Position numbers and translations under genes: made by a program. Below the pieces are notes generated by a model. The model saw only the letters and a list, made by a program, of their open reading frames with translations. It ran no database searches and was not told the origin of the DNA. Source: a virus (Duplodnaviria; Heunggongvirae; Uroviricota; Caudoviricetes). Taken from it: 64,000 bases of DNA. The stretch lies in IMG/VR virus record IMGVR_UViG_3300025678_000001. One strand, written 5' to 3'. This document shows, piece by piece, positions 8,821 to 17,790 of this stretch (position 1 is the stretch's first letter; every line of letters starts with the position of its first letter).

Positions 8821-9093
8821 TTAGACGTGTTTCAGAAGCTTAAACTCATAAACCAACCCTTGAGGTTTGTCAAGACTGATAATCAATGAGTTAGGAATGA
8901 TATCTCCGTTCTTGTCTTTTCTGACGAAGTATCTGAGTTTCTCAGGGTGCTCAACTACCTGATAGCCACCGCCGGCTATAACATCCTCAGCAGGAATGCT
9001 AATAGAAGAAGGAGGAACCTCCTGGGCACCCATCATAGTACCCGGTATCGGGAACCCGAGAGCATCTTTTTGAGCATAATAGGTTAGTGACAT
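8821..9093 (-). CDS. small virion-type protein made of two copies of the xDxxGxxIP motif
   Basis: YYAQKDALGFPIPGTMM and YFVRKDKNGDIIPNSLI; first gene of the leftward block. Confidence 0.65.
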   Translation of the reverse strand: MSLTYYAQKDALGFPIPGTMMGAQEVPPSSISIPAEDVIAGGGYQVVEHPEKLRYFVRKDKNGDIIPNSLIISLDKPQGLVYEFKLLKHV

Positions 9094-9131
9094 AGGAGTG
9101 GATTTAAACTTTAACGCTGTAGAAGTTAAAT

Positions 9132-9169
9132 AAAGTCTACAGTATAATATACAACTTTCTGTAGACTTT
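9132..9169. repeat. 11-bp perfect inverted repeat in the divergent control region
   Basis: aaagtctacag (9132-9142) / ctgtagacttt (9159-9169) with a 16-nt spacer containing TATAATATA. Confidence 0.85.
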
Positions 9170-9171
9170 CT

Positions 9172-9179
9172 TACATTTG
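9172..9179 (+). promoter_or_regulatory. Bacteroidota-type -7 promoter element for the replication block
   Basis: TACATTTG matches TAnnTTTG, 22 nt upstream of the ATG at 9202. Confidence 0.65.
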
Positions 9180-9201
9180 TAGATATAAACGTCCCAAGTT
9201 T

Positions 9202-9696
9202 ATGGTAAATACAAAGACTTACGCAAACTCTTTAGAAAAAAAGCTTATCGCTGAGTTCAAGCAGAAGTTCATGGATAAGCTTGGTTATGAACCAGTTATA
9301 CTTACCAGAACAGATACAGATGAAGATATTCCTTTGATGAGTTTGGAACAACTTGAAGGGTACTTTGTACGATATCTGCCAAGGATTGGAAAGTCCAAGA
9401 TTCCACTTACAAGTAAGTCCCGAAAAAGGCAGTTGGTTGAACTACGTAACATGTTCTGTGCCATGGCCCGGTCTATGAACTTTACTCTTAAAGAGATAGG
9501 CGTTCACCTGGGGGGAAGAGATCATAGTACAGCTATCCATAGCATCAAGACTTTTCATAACCTTATGGATACCAACAAAGCTTTTCGTGATAAGTATTAC
9601 AGGATCCTCAAGAACATAAAACGCCAACATGAGCCAACAACTATGGACTCCATTGATTCGGTACAATCTAAGCCCGAACCTGCTGTATTACCTTGA
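9202..9696 (+). CDS. DnaA domain IV (Bac_DnaA_C) helix-turn-helix protein lacking the AAA+ domain
   Basis: SKSRKRQLVELRNMFCAMAR...TLKEIGVHLGGRDHSTAIHS matches the DnaA C-terminal signature GGRDHxT. Confidence 0.85.
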   Translation: MVNTKTYANSLEKKLIAEFKQKFMDKLGYEPVILTRTDTDEDIPLMSLEQLEGYFVRYLPRIGKSKIPLTSKSRKRQLVELRNMFCAMARSMNFTLKEIGVHLGGRDHSTAIHSIKTFHNLMDTNKAFRDKYYRILKNIKRQHEPTTMDSIDSVQSKPEPAVLP

Positions 9697-10213
9697 TTGC
9701 TGCAGATACAAGGTAAAGCCAAGTCCTATTATCAATCCGGATGCAGAACGACAGATTGCCCACGCTAAAGGTTATGTTGACGACCAAGGCGTGCTGACAG
9801 AAAAAGCTTTAGTCGTGCTGGAAGAGTTTGAAACCTTCCTGGTAAAGACTAAGAAGAAAGTCACAACAGACGTACTCGGTGAAGACTTTCTTGAGAAGAT
9901 CAACGAGTACCGAGATCTATTTCCCAAAGGTTTTCTACCCCATGGAGAGATTGCACGACAAAGTGTAGAAGAACTGAAAAACAAGTTTGTATGGTTCTTT
10001 AAGACTTACCCTAACTATGACTGGCCCTTGGTGCTGGAAGCAGCTAACTACTACCGGTATCTCAAGGAAAAGGACAAGTTCAACTACATGATGACCAGCT
10101 CCAACTTTATACAGAAAACAGACAACAAGACCAAGACGGTCAAATCTACCCTGGCAGATTACTGTCAGTTGCTCCAAGACGATCCTGATATCGTTAGTAG
10201 AGAAGTATTTTAA
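9629..10213 (+). CDS. conserved-looking hypothetical protein upstream of the helicase (possible initiator/loader)
   Basis: 194-aa ORF overlapping the DnaA-IV gene by 68 nt; function inferred from position only. Confidence 0.65.
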   Translation: MSQQLWTPLIRYNLSPNLLYYLDCCRYKVKPSPIINPDAERQIAHAKGYVDDQGVLTEKALVVLEEFETFLVKTKKKVTTDVLGEDFLEKINEYRDLFPKGFLPHGEIARQSVEELKNKFVWFFKTYPNYDWPLVLEAANYYRYLKEKDKFNYMMTSSNFIQKTDNKTKTVKSTLADYCQLLQDDPDIVSREVF

Positions 10214-10223
10214 ACCTTTCAAC

Positions 10224-10406
10224 ATGTCCCCGGTTATGAAGCGGATCCACAGAGGTCTGCTCAGTCTGGCGTTCTCAGTTCTGAACTGGAGCGTGATCAA
10301 AACTTTTTTAGTAGAACTTCCCTTTTGGAAGTATATTATTATAGAACTTTTCTTGGTGATCTCCATGAAGTTCTATATATTTACAATCCGCAAATTCAAA
10401 CTATGA
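10224..10406 (+). CDS. small membrane protein
   Basis: 60 aa with two hydrophobic stretches; ATGA overlap with the next gene. Confidence 0.55.
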   Translation: MSPVMKRIHRGLLSLAFSVLNWSVIKTFLVELPFWKYIIIELFLVISMKFYIFTIRKFKL

Positions 10407-10630
10407 GTGTTACGCAAGAACCAGAAGTGGTTATCTCTCAAGATGTTAAAGAGTTGTTTGAAAAGTCTACAGTACCGTTACCTGCCTTTAAAAACTTTGA
10501 AGTCAGAGGCATCACATTGGAGTTGTTTAACACAGCTATCCAATCTATGATGAGTAAAGCTTATTACCATGGTCAACTGTCCGGCTTTAAAGAAGCCAGA
10601 GAAACAGTAGAAACAATTTTCAACGGATAA
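10403..10630 (+). CDS. hypothetical protein
   Basis: Likely start at ATG 10403 (MSVTQEPEV), in frame with track ORF 10325-10630. Confidence 0.65.
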   Translation: MSVTQEPEVVISQDVKELFEKSTVPLPAFKNFEVRGITLELFNTAIQSMMSKAYYHGQLSGFKEARETVETIFNG

Positions 10631-10631
10631 G

Positions 10632-11693
10632 ATGACAGGCAAACAGAACCCTTTTGACGCTAAAGATTACTCTGAGGTCCTGGTAAAGGGTCTGGAGTAT
10701 ATAAACGACCGCAGACAGGGCCGGATAAAGTCTTTTAAGACTCCCTGGACCGGACTGAATCTTGCGGGTATTGGCGGTCTTGAGTGGGGATCAATGCTCA
10801 CCATTGGTGCTCGACCTGGAGCCGGTAAGACAATGGTAGTATCCCAGATACTGAGGGAGTCACGTATACACAATCCCGATCAGGATTTCTCTATACTGGA
10901 GTTCCAGTTTGAGATGGGTGACAAACAGTATGCAGCACGCCAGTTTGCTGCCGAGGTAGCTCAGGACTATAATGCAGTTCTGAGTGGTTACAAACAGCTG
11001 GACGAATTTACCTACAAATTGATGCAGAAACACCTGGCAGATACCCAGGTACTTGAAAAACAAGGGATCCAACGAAAGCTGATAAAGAAACCGTTGAGCC
11101 CTCCTGACATTGAAAGAGCTATTCGTCACTACTTTGACGCTATGGGTGGTAAACCAATGATTGTTACCATAGACCACTCTTGGCTGATCAAAAAAGGTTC
11201 AAATGAGAAAGACAAGTTTGATACCCTGTACAATACAGCAGAAATGCTGATGCAGGTAAAAAACGATCTACCAATCATCGTACTGATGATCACTCAGATG
11301 AACCGAACTATGGAAGAAGCAACCAGGATACATCCCGGTATTATCGGAAACTATCCTACTAGCTCTGACATCTTTGGCGGTGACGCCCTGATGCAAAGTT
11401 CAGATATAGTCATAGCTCTTAACCGTCCTTTCAAGTCTAACATCAACATCTACGGTCCTAAGAAGTACATCACTACAAAGGAACAGATCTACATGCACCT
11501 GTTGAAAGTTAGAAACGGCAGTGAGGATAACAACATCCTCTTTATGCAAGCTGAGTTCAACAGACAGAGAATGATAGAAACTTCAGAGTTTCCTCAGGCT
11601 CAGCAGCAAAGTGGTTATGTTCCGTACAATCAAGGTCGTGGTGGCAATCGGGGGCCCAGGCCAGTATCAGCTGACGTAGGTCAAGAATTGTAA
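10632..11693 (+). CDS. dnaB: replicative DnaB-like (SF4) helicase, ATPase domain only
   Basis: Walker A GARPGAGKT, FQFEM, Walker B TIDH, ITQMNR, GGDALMQSSD, LKVRNG. Confidence 0.92.
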   Translation: MTGKQNPFDAKDYSEVLVKGLEYINDRRQGRIKSFKTPWTGLNLAGIGGLEWGSMLTIGARPGAGKTMVVSQILRESRIHNPDQDFSILEFQFEMGDKQYAARQFAAEVAQDYNAVLSGYKQLDEFTYKLMQKHLADTQVLEKQGIQRKLIKKPLSPPDIERAIRHYFDAMGGKPMIVTIDHSWLIKKGSNEKDKFDTLYNTAEMLMQVKNDLPIIVLMITQMNRTMEEATRIHPGIIGNYPTSSDIFGGDALMQSSDIVIALNRPFKSNINIYGPKKYITTKEQIYMHLLKVRNGSEDNNILFMQAEFNRQRMIETSEFPQAQQQSGYVPYNQGRGGNRGPRPVSADVGQEL

Positions 11694-11711
11694 ACAAATA
11701 AACCCCATACC

Positions 11712-12377
11712 ATGTCTCAGACATTTGTTCAAGAAACAGCCGACAAGTATGGCAATCCGACAGAGTGGAAGAAACAAAAGCTCGCAGATGTTCGTGAGTA
11801 TCACAAAGATCTGATCAAGGACTTAGGTATCTCTCCACTTGACTTTAACATGAAGATGCCATTTTATGACAAGCAAGGACGTCAAGTAGTTGGCATTTTT
11901 GCTTCCGAGTTCAAGAAAGAAAAAGGTTTCTTCTTTGAACTGGTTACACGGGATCTTGATCCCCTGGAGCCTGGGCGTACAGTCTATAGGATCGCCCGTA
12001 ATGACAACTTTGAAGAAGAGTACGAAATGAATGAACGAGGTTCGTACCTCGTTCCTTTGGAAGAACTCAGAAAAGTCAACCCTGCAGCAGTAGCTGTAGC
12101 AAAAGACGGAGTTCTTACCAATGACAAGATCTACTCCTCTGCAAAGACTGTCGATCAGGTTAAACAACCTGTTCAAACCAGCCCGCCTAAAACAACCCCT
12201 GGTGCTAACAGTTTTAGCTCTAAGCCACAAGCTGCATCACAGGTACAAACTGAACAGGATTGTCCTCAATCTGAGATGACTCTCAGAGACTATATGGCAA
12301 TCCATACAGGACACCCTGTAAGTTTAAAGCCATGGCTCAATCAACTCGTAACTCAATACTTACAACCACCTTTCTAA
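11712..12377 (+). CDS. hypothetical replication-module protein
   Basis: 221-aa ORF with a P/Q/S-rich linker and a short conserved-looking C-terminal domain. Confidence 0.75.
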   Translation: MSQTFVQETADKYGNPTEWKKQKLADVREYHKDLIKDLGISPLDFNMKMPFYDKQGRQVVGIFASEFKKEKGFFFELVTRDLDPLEPGRTVYRIARNDNFEEEYEMNERGSYLVPLEELRKVNPAAVAVAKDGVLTNDKIYSSAKTVDQVKQPVQTSPPKTTPGANSFSSKPQAASQVQTEQDCPQSEMTLRDYMAIHTGHPVSLKPWLNQLVTQYLQPPF

Positions 12378-12380
12378 ACT

Positions 12381-13067
12381 ATGGCACACGGTATCCTTAT
12401 CATTGCAGAGTCCGGGGCTGGTAAATCTACCAGTATAGAGAATCTCAACCCGGCTGAGACATTCATCATCAACGTAGCTAACAAGCCCTTACCATTTAAG
12501 GGCTGGAGGAAAAAGTACACGGCCTGGTCTTCTAAAGAGAATCCGACCGGTAACATGTACTACGGCAACTCTCCTCAGAATATTGAGGCATGCATCAAGT
12601 ACGTAAACGAGAAACGCAAAGAGATCAAAACTCTGGTCATTGATGACTTTCAGTACATGAGCTCTTTTGAGTTCTTCGACCGCGTAGACGAGAAGGGTTA
12701 CGACAAGTTTACCCAGATCGGTGCACACTTGGCACGTATTGCACGGATGCCTAAAGACCTCAGGGAAGACCTGACAGTATTCTTCCTTACCCATGCAGAA
12801 GAGTCTACGGACCTGGAGGGTAAGAAGAAGCTGAAAGCAAAGACTATCGGTAAGATGGTCGATGAGAAGCTTACTCTGGAAGGTCTGTTCTCTATCGTAC
12901 TGTTCGGTAAGGTCAAGAAAGACAAGGATGGTAACATCCGCTATGTCTTTGAGACATCCAACAACGGTGAGAACACCTGTAAGTCTCCTAAAGGCATGTT
13001 TACAGACTTTGAGATCCCCAACGATCTGTCGTTCGTAAAACAAGCCATTGCGGACTACGAAAACTAA
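12381..13067 (+). CDS. AAA_24/Sak4-like ATPase (recombination/annealing)
   Basis: Walker A AESGAGKST, Walker B LVIDDFQY, C-terminal TCKSPKGMF; precedes the SSB-like gene. Confidence 0.85.
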   Translation: MAHGILIIAESGAGKSTSIENLNPAETFIINVANKPLPFKGWRKKYTAWSSKENPTGNMYYGNSPQNIEACIKYVNEKRKEIKTLVIDDFQYMSSFEFFDRVDEKGYDKFTQIGAHLARIARMPKDLREDLTVFFLTHAEESTDLEGKKKLKAKTIGKMVDEKLTLEGLFSIVLFGKVKKDKDGNIRYVFETSNNGENTCKSPKGMFTDFEIPNDLSFVKQAIADYEN

Positions 13068-13097
13068 ACGTACCCCTAATATCTAAATAACAACACC

Positions 13098-13709
13098 ATG
13101 TTCAGTACAAAAGGACAAGAAGTAAAAACCGGTGGACAGACAAAGTCTTTCCAACCTGGTGTAGTATTCGCTCACATCTATGGTGGGCAAGTAAGAACCT
13201 CCAACAAAGGAGACAAGAAGTCCCTGGAACTCACGCTTGAGGGCCCGGCACTTGAGGACTTTGAAGGGTGGGCAGTAGATAAGAACGATCAGGAAGGTCC
13301 GAAGTTTAAGGGCTTATCTGCTCGTGTAAGTGCAACTATCTGGACCGATCAGCACAATGAGCCTAACGTAACCAAAAATGAGATCATGTACAAGCTGGCA
13401 GTGATCGCCACTGAGCTTGGTCTGCGTGATGCCATTGACTCTATCCAGGCAGTAAGTCTGGAAGACTGGGTTAACCAGGCAATCAGTGTACTGAAAGGCC
13501 ACGATATCTACTGGTTCCTCAAAGGAACTGAAGAAGAGTACAACGGTAAGACTATCGTGAAGCTCGGCCTTCCTAAGTATAAGTTCGTTTCTGCAAACGA
13601 AGCCAAACTGGATAAGTTTGACAAGAACAACAAGTACCACTATCGGGCACTGGAAAACAAGTCTGTGACCAGCTTCGAGCCGGCTACCAACGACTTCGAT
13701 ATGGACTAA
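13098..13709 (+). CDS. putative single-stranded DNA-binding protein
   Basis: Follows the Sak4-like ATPase; beta-rich with acidic C-tail NDFDMD. Confidence 0.55.
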   Translation: MFSTKGQEVKTGGQTKSFQPGVVFAHIYGGQVRTSNKGDKKSLELTLEGPALEDFEGWAVDKNDQEGPKFKGLSARVSATIWTDQHNEPNVTKNEIMYKLAVIATELGLRDAIDSIQAVSLEDWVNQAISVLKGHDIYWFLKGTEEEYNGKTIVKLGLPKYKFVSANEAKLDKFDKNNKYHYRALENKSVTSFEPATNDFDMD

Positions 13710-13720
13710 GAATGTGGGTC

Positions 13721-13742
13721 AGGGGGAGTTTCGGCTCCCCCT
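13721..13742 (+). terminator. intrinsic terminator
   Basis: agggggag-t-ttcg-g-ctccccct stem with a UUCG tetraloop, followed by ttcctatt. Confidence 0.75.
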
Positions 13743-13764
13743 TTCCTATTCTAAAACTTAGGGT

Positions 13765-14751
13765 ATGTTTACAATAAAGAATATGGTACACGACGTCAAG
13801 GACGTTCCGGTACCATGGATATTTGAACACTTCTGTAAGCTGAAGGTTAAGCTTACTGGACAGGATATGATGATCAAAAGCCTGTTCAACCCTAAAGAAC
13901 GTACCCCTTCTATGTCTATCTATTACGACAAGAAGAAGCAACAGTATCGGTTCAATGACTTCTCTACCGGTAAATGGGGTAGTTCCATAGACCTGGTGAA
14001 AGATCTGAACCAGATCACCTACCACCAGGCTTGCCGGCTTATAGTAGAAACCTACAACGAGTTCGTACTACACAACAATGGCGGGTACGACGTTGGAGAG
14101 TTTAAGCAAGCTTCCAAGTACAAGGTATCTCAGTACGTTCTGAGATCCTGGGATACATCTGATCAGTATTTCTGGACCAAGTTCAACATTGGTTCCAAGT
14201 TACTGGACGAACATTGTGTCCGGCCACTGAGTAGTTATACCCTGGAAAAAGAAGAAGAGGGTATCAAGAAATCAGTAACTATTACCGGTAACTATCTCTA
14301 TGGGTACTTTAAGAAGGACGGTACTCTGTACAAGATCTATCAGCCCAAGACATTGGATAAAAAGTTCATTAAGGTGAATGACTACATCCAAGGCCTGGAA
14401 CAGCTGAAAGGTCATAAGTATCTGGTTATCACAAGCTCTTTAAAGGATATCATGGCCCTGAAGAGTCTGAAGCTTTCGATAGATATCATAGCCCCGGACT
14501 CAGAGAATACCATGATACCTAAGGACATGATGAAGCACTGTCTAAAAGAGTACTCTAAAGTACTGGTTATGTTTGACTTTGATGATGCCGGTATAAAGGC
14601 AACTGAGAAGTATATCAAGATGTACCCCGAACTTACTTCCGCCATTCTTCCCATGAGTAAAGATCCTGCAGATTCTATCCGGGATCATGGAGCCAAAAAG
14701 GTTTTATACACCTTGGTTCCTTTGATCAACAAAAAGTTGGAGAACTTATAA
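13765..14751 (+). CDS. dnaG: DNA primase (DnaG-like Toprim)
   Basis: Degenerate N-terminal ZBD (SLFNPKERTPSM, FNDFSTG); Toprim VITSSLKD, APDSEN, FDFDDAG, KDPAD. Confidence 0.8.
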   Translation: MFTIKNMVHDVKDVPVPWIFEHFCKLKVKLTGQDMMIKSLFNPKERTPSMSIYYDKKKQQYRFNDFSTGKWGSSIDLVKDLNQITYHQACRLIVETYNEFVLHNNGGYDVGEFKQASKYKVSQYVLRSWDTSDQYFWTKFNIGSKLLDEHCVRPLSSYTLEKEEEGIKKSVTITGNYLYGYFKKDGTLYKIYQPKTLDKKFIKVNDYIQGLEQLKGHKYLVITSSLKDIMALKSLKLSIDIIAPDSENTMIPKDMMKHCLKEYSKVLVMFDFDDAGIKATEKYIKMYPELTSAILPMSKDPADSIRDHGAKKVLYTLVPLINKKLENL

Positions 14752-14760
14752 GTTCAGTCT

Positions 14761-14779
14761 TATATTTGTAGAACTAATC
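14761..14779 (+). promoter_or_regulatory. Bacteroidota-type promoter (-7 TATATTTG) with downstream TAGAACTAATC
   Basis: TAnnTTTG match with TTG about 21 nt upstream; 16-mer ATTTGTAGAACTAATC shared with 17791-17806. Confidence 0.7.
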
Positions 14780-14787
14780 TACAACTT

Positions 14788-15243
14788 ATGCAAACAACCT
14801 GGTACTACCAAGGCTTGCCTGTACACTCTATTGATCACTTTCCTAACGGTGAGAACCTTTATGGTTTTGTGTATAAGATAACGGACGAGGTTACCGGTAA
14901 GTTCTATATCGGTAAGAAAGCCCTGCGTCATACACGCAAGACCAAGATCTCTCAAAGAGTAAAGAAATCAACCGGTACCCGTAAGACCTATCAACGCGTA
15001 GTGAAAGAGTCCGACTGGGCTGACTATTACGGTTCCTCTAAAGAACTGTTGGCTGATGTCCAGAAGTATGGGAAAGGCCGATTTAAAAGAGAGATCGTTG
15101 AGTTATGCTGTACGAAGAAGTATCTATCCTACTCAGAGGTAGCCTGGCAGATCCAGTTGAATGTACTACGTTCAAACACTTATAACGGAAACATCCTCGG
15201 CAGGTATTACGCAAAGGACATGCAAAACTGTAAAGATGAGTAA
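14788..15243 (+). CDS. free-standing GIY-YIG (Seg-like) endonuclease
   Basis: YGFVYKITDEVTGKFYIGKK, ESDWADYYGSS, FKREIVELC, YSE, YNGNI. Confidence 0.85.
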   Translation: MQTTWYYQGLPVHSIDHFPNGENLYGFVYKITDEVTGKFYIGKKALRHTRKTKISQRVKKSTGTRKTYQRVVKESDWADYYGSSKELLADVQKYGKGRFKREIVELCCTKKYLSYSEVAWQIQLNVLRSNTYNGNILGRYYAKDMQNCKDE

Positions 15244-15529
15244 AAAAGCAGGTGTATATAAATATCTGGAAGTATCTACTTGTCATATCACCGAGAAGGA
15301 CAATAAGACACTAAGAACAATACAACATGAACAGATTCCTCCGGTAATCGTCTATCCCTACGAATACGGTTACTGGGTGGTTACCCCGGAGAAAACAAGA
15401 TCGTTAAAGGTCCCTCTCTCCAAGAGTTTCAAAAAGATAGTTGAAAAGGCCTGGGAAGTTAACGCCCAGATCATTCGACTTGACAGAGATGCAGAAGTAC
15501 ACGAAGATCTGAAAATTCATAACTGGTAA
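15236..15529 (+). CDS. hypothetical protein (DUF5983-like)
   Basis: LEVSTCHIT...YEYGYWV...LDRDA pattern; likely start ATG 15236. Confidence 0.55.
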   Translation: MSKKAGVYKYLEVSTCHITEKDNKTLRTIQHEQIPPVIVYPYEYGYWVVTPEKTRSLKVPLSKSFKKIVEKAWEVNAQIIRLDRDAEVHEDLKIHNW

Positions 15530-15533
15530 CCTT

Positions 15534-15785
15534 ATGTCAAAGCCTAAAGTTCTTATCACCGTAGAAGGTGGTATTGTACAAAGTGTTTCATCAAACACAG
15601 CTATAGATATTGTTATAGTGGACTACGATCTTGATGCAGTAGATCCTGTTTCGATATCCGGTCCATTTGATCCTGATGAATACTTCAACGACGAAGAAGC
15701 TTATAAACTTCTTGACGACTCTGAGTTTCCTCTTTCTGAAGAAGAAGAGAGTGTGAAGACCTATCTCAAAAACATAAAATTTTAA
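15534..15785 (+). CDS. small acidic hypothetical protein
   Basis: VLITVEGGIVQSV...IVIVDYD pattern. Confidence 0.7.
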   Translation: MSKPKVLITVEGGIVQSVSSNTAIDIVIVDYDLDAVDPVSISGPFDPDEYFNDEEAYKLLDDSEFPLSEEEESVKTYLKNIKF

Positions 15786-15787
15786 CC

Positions 15788-15997
15788 ATGACTATCTACG
15801 TAGTAAAGTGGAGCAACACGCAAACCAACGAAAAGTTCCACAAGGCATTCTCAAGCTTTGCTAACGCTCAGAAAAAAGTCAGGGATGTCCTGAAAGACAA
15901 AGAGTGTAAGCTTGAAATGGACGCAGACGGTAGTGCTGTCTTTACCAACAAAATGAAGAAGCAGAACGAAGTGATCGACCTCATTAACACGTTATGA
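15788..15997 (+). CDS. hypothetical protein
   Basis: 69-aa ORF in the operon. Confidence 0.65.
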   Translation: MTIYVVKWSNTQTNEKFHKAFSSFANAQKKVRDVLKDKECKLEMDADGSAVFTNKMKKQNEVIDLINTL

Positions 15998-16164
15998 CAA
16001 CCCCCGGCTTATATCCATCTGAAACTCCGCAGAAACCTGAGCTTGAAGAAAACAAGCTTAAGCAGTTGTATGACTTCATTGAGTCTATAGAAGCTTTAAC
16101 CAAAGACCCGGATACTGCAGCACGCATTCGTGCTTTCCTTGTACAGGAAGGTATCTGGCAGTAA
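15994..16164 (+). CDS. 56-aa hypothetical protein (absent from the ORF track)
   Basis: Manual translation MTTPGLYPSETPQKPELEENKLKQLYDFIESIEALTKDPDTAARIRAFLVQEGIWQ*; ATGA overlap with the upstream stop. Confidence 0.65.
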   Translation: MTTPGLYPSETPQKPELEENKLKQLYDFIESIEALTKDPDTAARIRAFLVQEGIWQ

Positions 16165-16174
16165 ACCATTCACC

Positions 16175-17218
16175 ATGAACGATACACATTTAGAAGATCT
16201 GATGGCTGCATCAGTAGAGCACCTGGAGTCAGAGTTTTATAGCAAGAAGTTCTGCTTCAGCTATAGTAGCCTTAACAAGCTTCTCTGGAATCCGGCCGTG
16301 TTCTATCAGATGTATGTGATAGGACTCAAGGAGGAAAAGCTCGATAGTCACCTGGTGCAAGGTAAAGTAATCCACGCCCTGTTACTGGAAGAAACGAAGT
16401 TCAACGACCAGTTTATCATCTCTCCTGACACGTTACCAAACGGTAACCTGCGTACAGTAGTTGATCGTGTGTTTGCTCACTATACGGCAAACAAAGATAG
16501 TTACGCTGCTATTGGAGTAACTGGTCTAAATCAGCTATCCAATGAGATCCTGGATGCGATGAAAGAGATCAACTATCATCAGAGTCTGAAAACAGATCAG
16601 CAACGGCTGGATAAAGTCCTGGTAAACGAGGCTTTCAACTACTGGAACTTCCTTATGTTGAAAGGTAATAAGACTCTGATCGACCAGGAGACCTATGACT
16701 TCTGCAAGGGAGCCGTAGATATAGTCAAGGCAAACCCAAAGATCTGTAAGCTCATTGCTTGTGCTCAGACCGAGTTTGATAACTTGGAGGTCTACAACGA
16801 GGTTACCCTGGAAGTTGGTATCCCAAGCAAACCTTATGGTCTGAAGGGAATCATTGACAATGTCGTAATAAACCACGACGAGAAGGTGATCTACATCAAT
16901 GACCTGAAGACATCCAGCAAGGATCTCAAAGACTGGCCGGAGTCACTGGAGTTTTACTCCTACTGGTTACAGGCAGCTATCTACGTAACACTGGTTACCA
17001 TGCATCATGCTGCCCTTGTAGACAGAGGATACGATGTGAAGTTTCACTTCGTAGTTATAGACAGGACGTTTCAAACATACGCTTTCCCTGTGTCTGAACC
17101 CACGCTTTCAGGGTGGATCGACAGACTTAGAGAAAGCCTTGATATAGCAGATTGGCATTACATAAATAAGAGCTACGAGCTCCCGTATCAGTTTGCCCAA
17201 GGACTCGTGACTCTATAA
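16175..17218 (+). CDS. PD-(D/E)XK exonuclease (RecE/PDDEXK_1-like)
   Basis: FSYSSLNKLL, GKVIHALLLE, LKGIIDN...INDLKTS, YWLQAAIY; likely start ATG 16175. Confidence 0.88.
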   Translation: MNDTHLEDLMAASVEHLESEFYSKKFCFSYSSLNKLLWNPAVFYQMYVIGLKEEKLDSHLVQGKVIHALLLEETKFNDQFIISPDTLPNGNLRTVVDRVFAHYTANKDSYAAIGVTGLNQLSNEILDAMKEINYHQSLKTDQQRLDKVLVNEAFNYWNFLMLKGNKTLIDQETYDFCKGAVDIVKANPKICKLIACAQTEFDNLEVYNEVTLEVGIPSKPYGLKGIIDNVVINHDEKVIYINDLKTSSKDLKDWPESLEFYSYWLQAAIYVTLVTMHHAALVDRGYDVKFHFVVIDRTFQTYAFPVSEPTLSGWIDRLRESLDIADWHYINKSYELPYQFAQGLVTL

Positions 17219-17229
17219 GGAGTTTCAAC

Positions 17230-17790
17230 ATGATTGAGAGTTTATACACCAAGTACTTTCAAAAGTCCAAGTCGTTTTTGTATCCAGCCCTTGGTATAAA
17301 GCGTAACAGTCAGTTCATACCTACCGGTACCTACATAGCTCTTGATGGGCTGGTAGGTCCGGAGGATATGAAACTGGTATGCGTTTTTAAGACCGATAAT
17401 TCTGAAGAGTTCAAAAAGTTTGAAGAGAGCTTTCTTTTGTCAAACCCAATGTACTCTAGCCGGCTGGAGATCAACGATAGTAACATCTATCTGTTTGACT
17501 TCACCATATATCAGAGTGACTGGTTCAACTTTATACTGGGAAAGTACTCCAGGTTTTCTACCGCACTCAAAAGAGCCATTAAAGTATACTATGGAGAGGA
17601 TAGCTCAGAGTACAAGTACATGGATTCTTATTTGAACCCACGTAAGCACTTTGATGTCTACGCTAAGCTTTTAAAGATTGATCCTCAAATACTTAAGGAA
17701 GTTGGAGAGCTGTGTGATCCCTGTGACCTGGAAAAAGAAACCTTAAAAATTCCTGTAGAACTTTTGGATACCTTGAAAAAAGTTCTTTAG
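17230..17790 (+). CDS. hypothetical protein
   Basis: 186-aa ORF between the exonuclease and PolB. Confidence 0.75.
   Translation: MIESLYTKYFQKSKSFLYPALGIKRNSQFIPTGTYIALDGLVGPEDMKLVCVFKTDNSEEFKKFEESFLLSNPMYSSRLEINDSNIYLFDFTIYQSDWFNFILGKYSRFSTALKRAIKVYYGEDSSEYKYMDSYLNPRKHFDVYAKLLKIDPQILKEVGELCDPCDLEKETLKIPVELLDTLKKVL

Noticed and set aside
9094-9201. DnaA-box cluster as a phage origin
   Set aside because: No TTWTNCACA match in the region; the repeats are CTGTAGA-based
9202-9696. Bacterial dnaA, implying host chromosome sequence
   Set aside because: No AAA+ domain, no dnaN/gyrB context, and all neighbours are phage-type
14752-15243. Group I intron hosting the GIY-YIG gene
   Set aside because: The flanking primase and downstream genes are intact and the ORF has its own promoter, so it is free-standing
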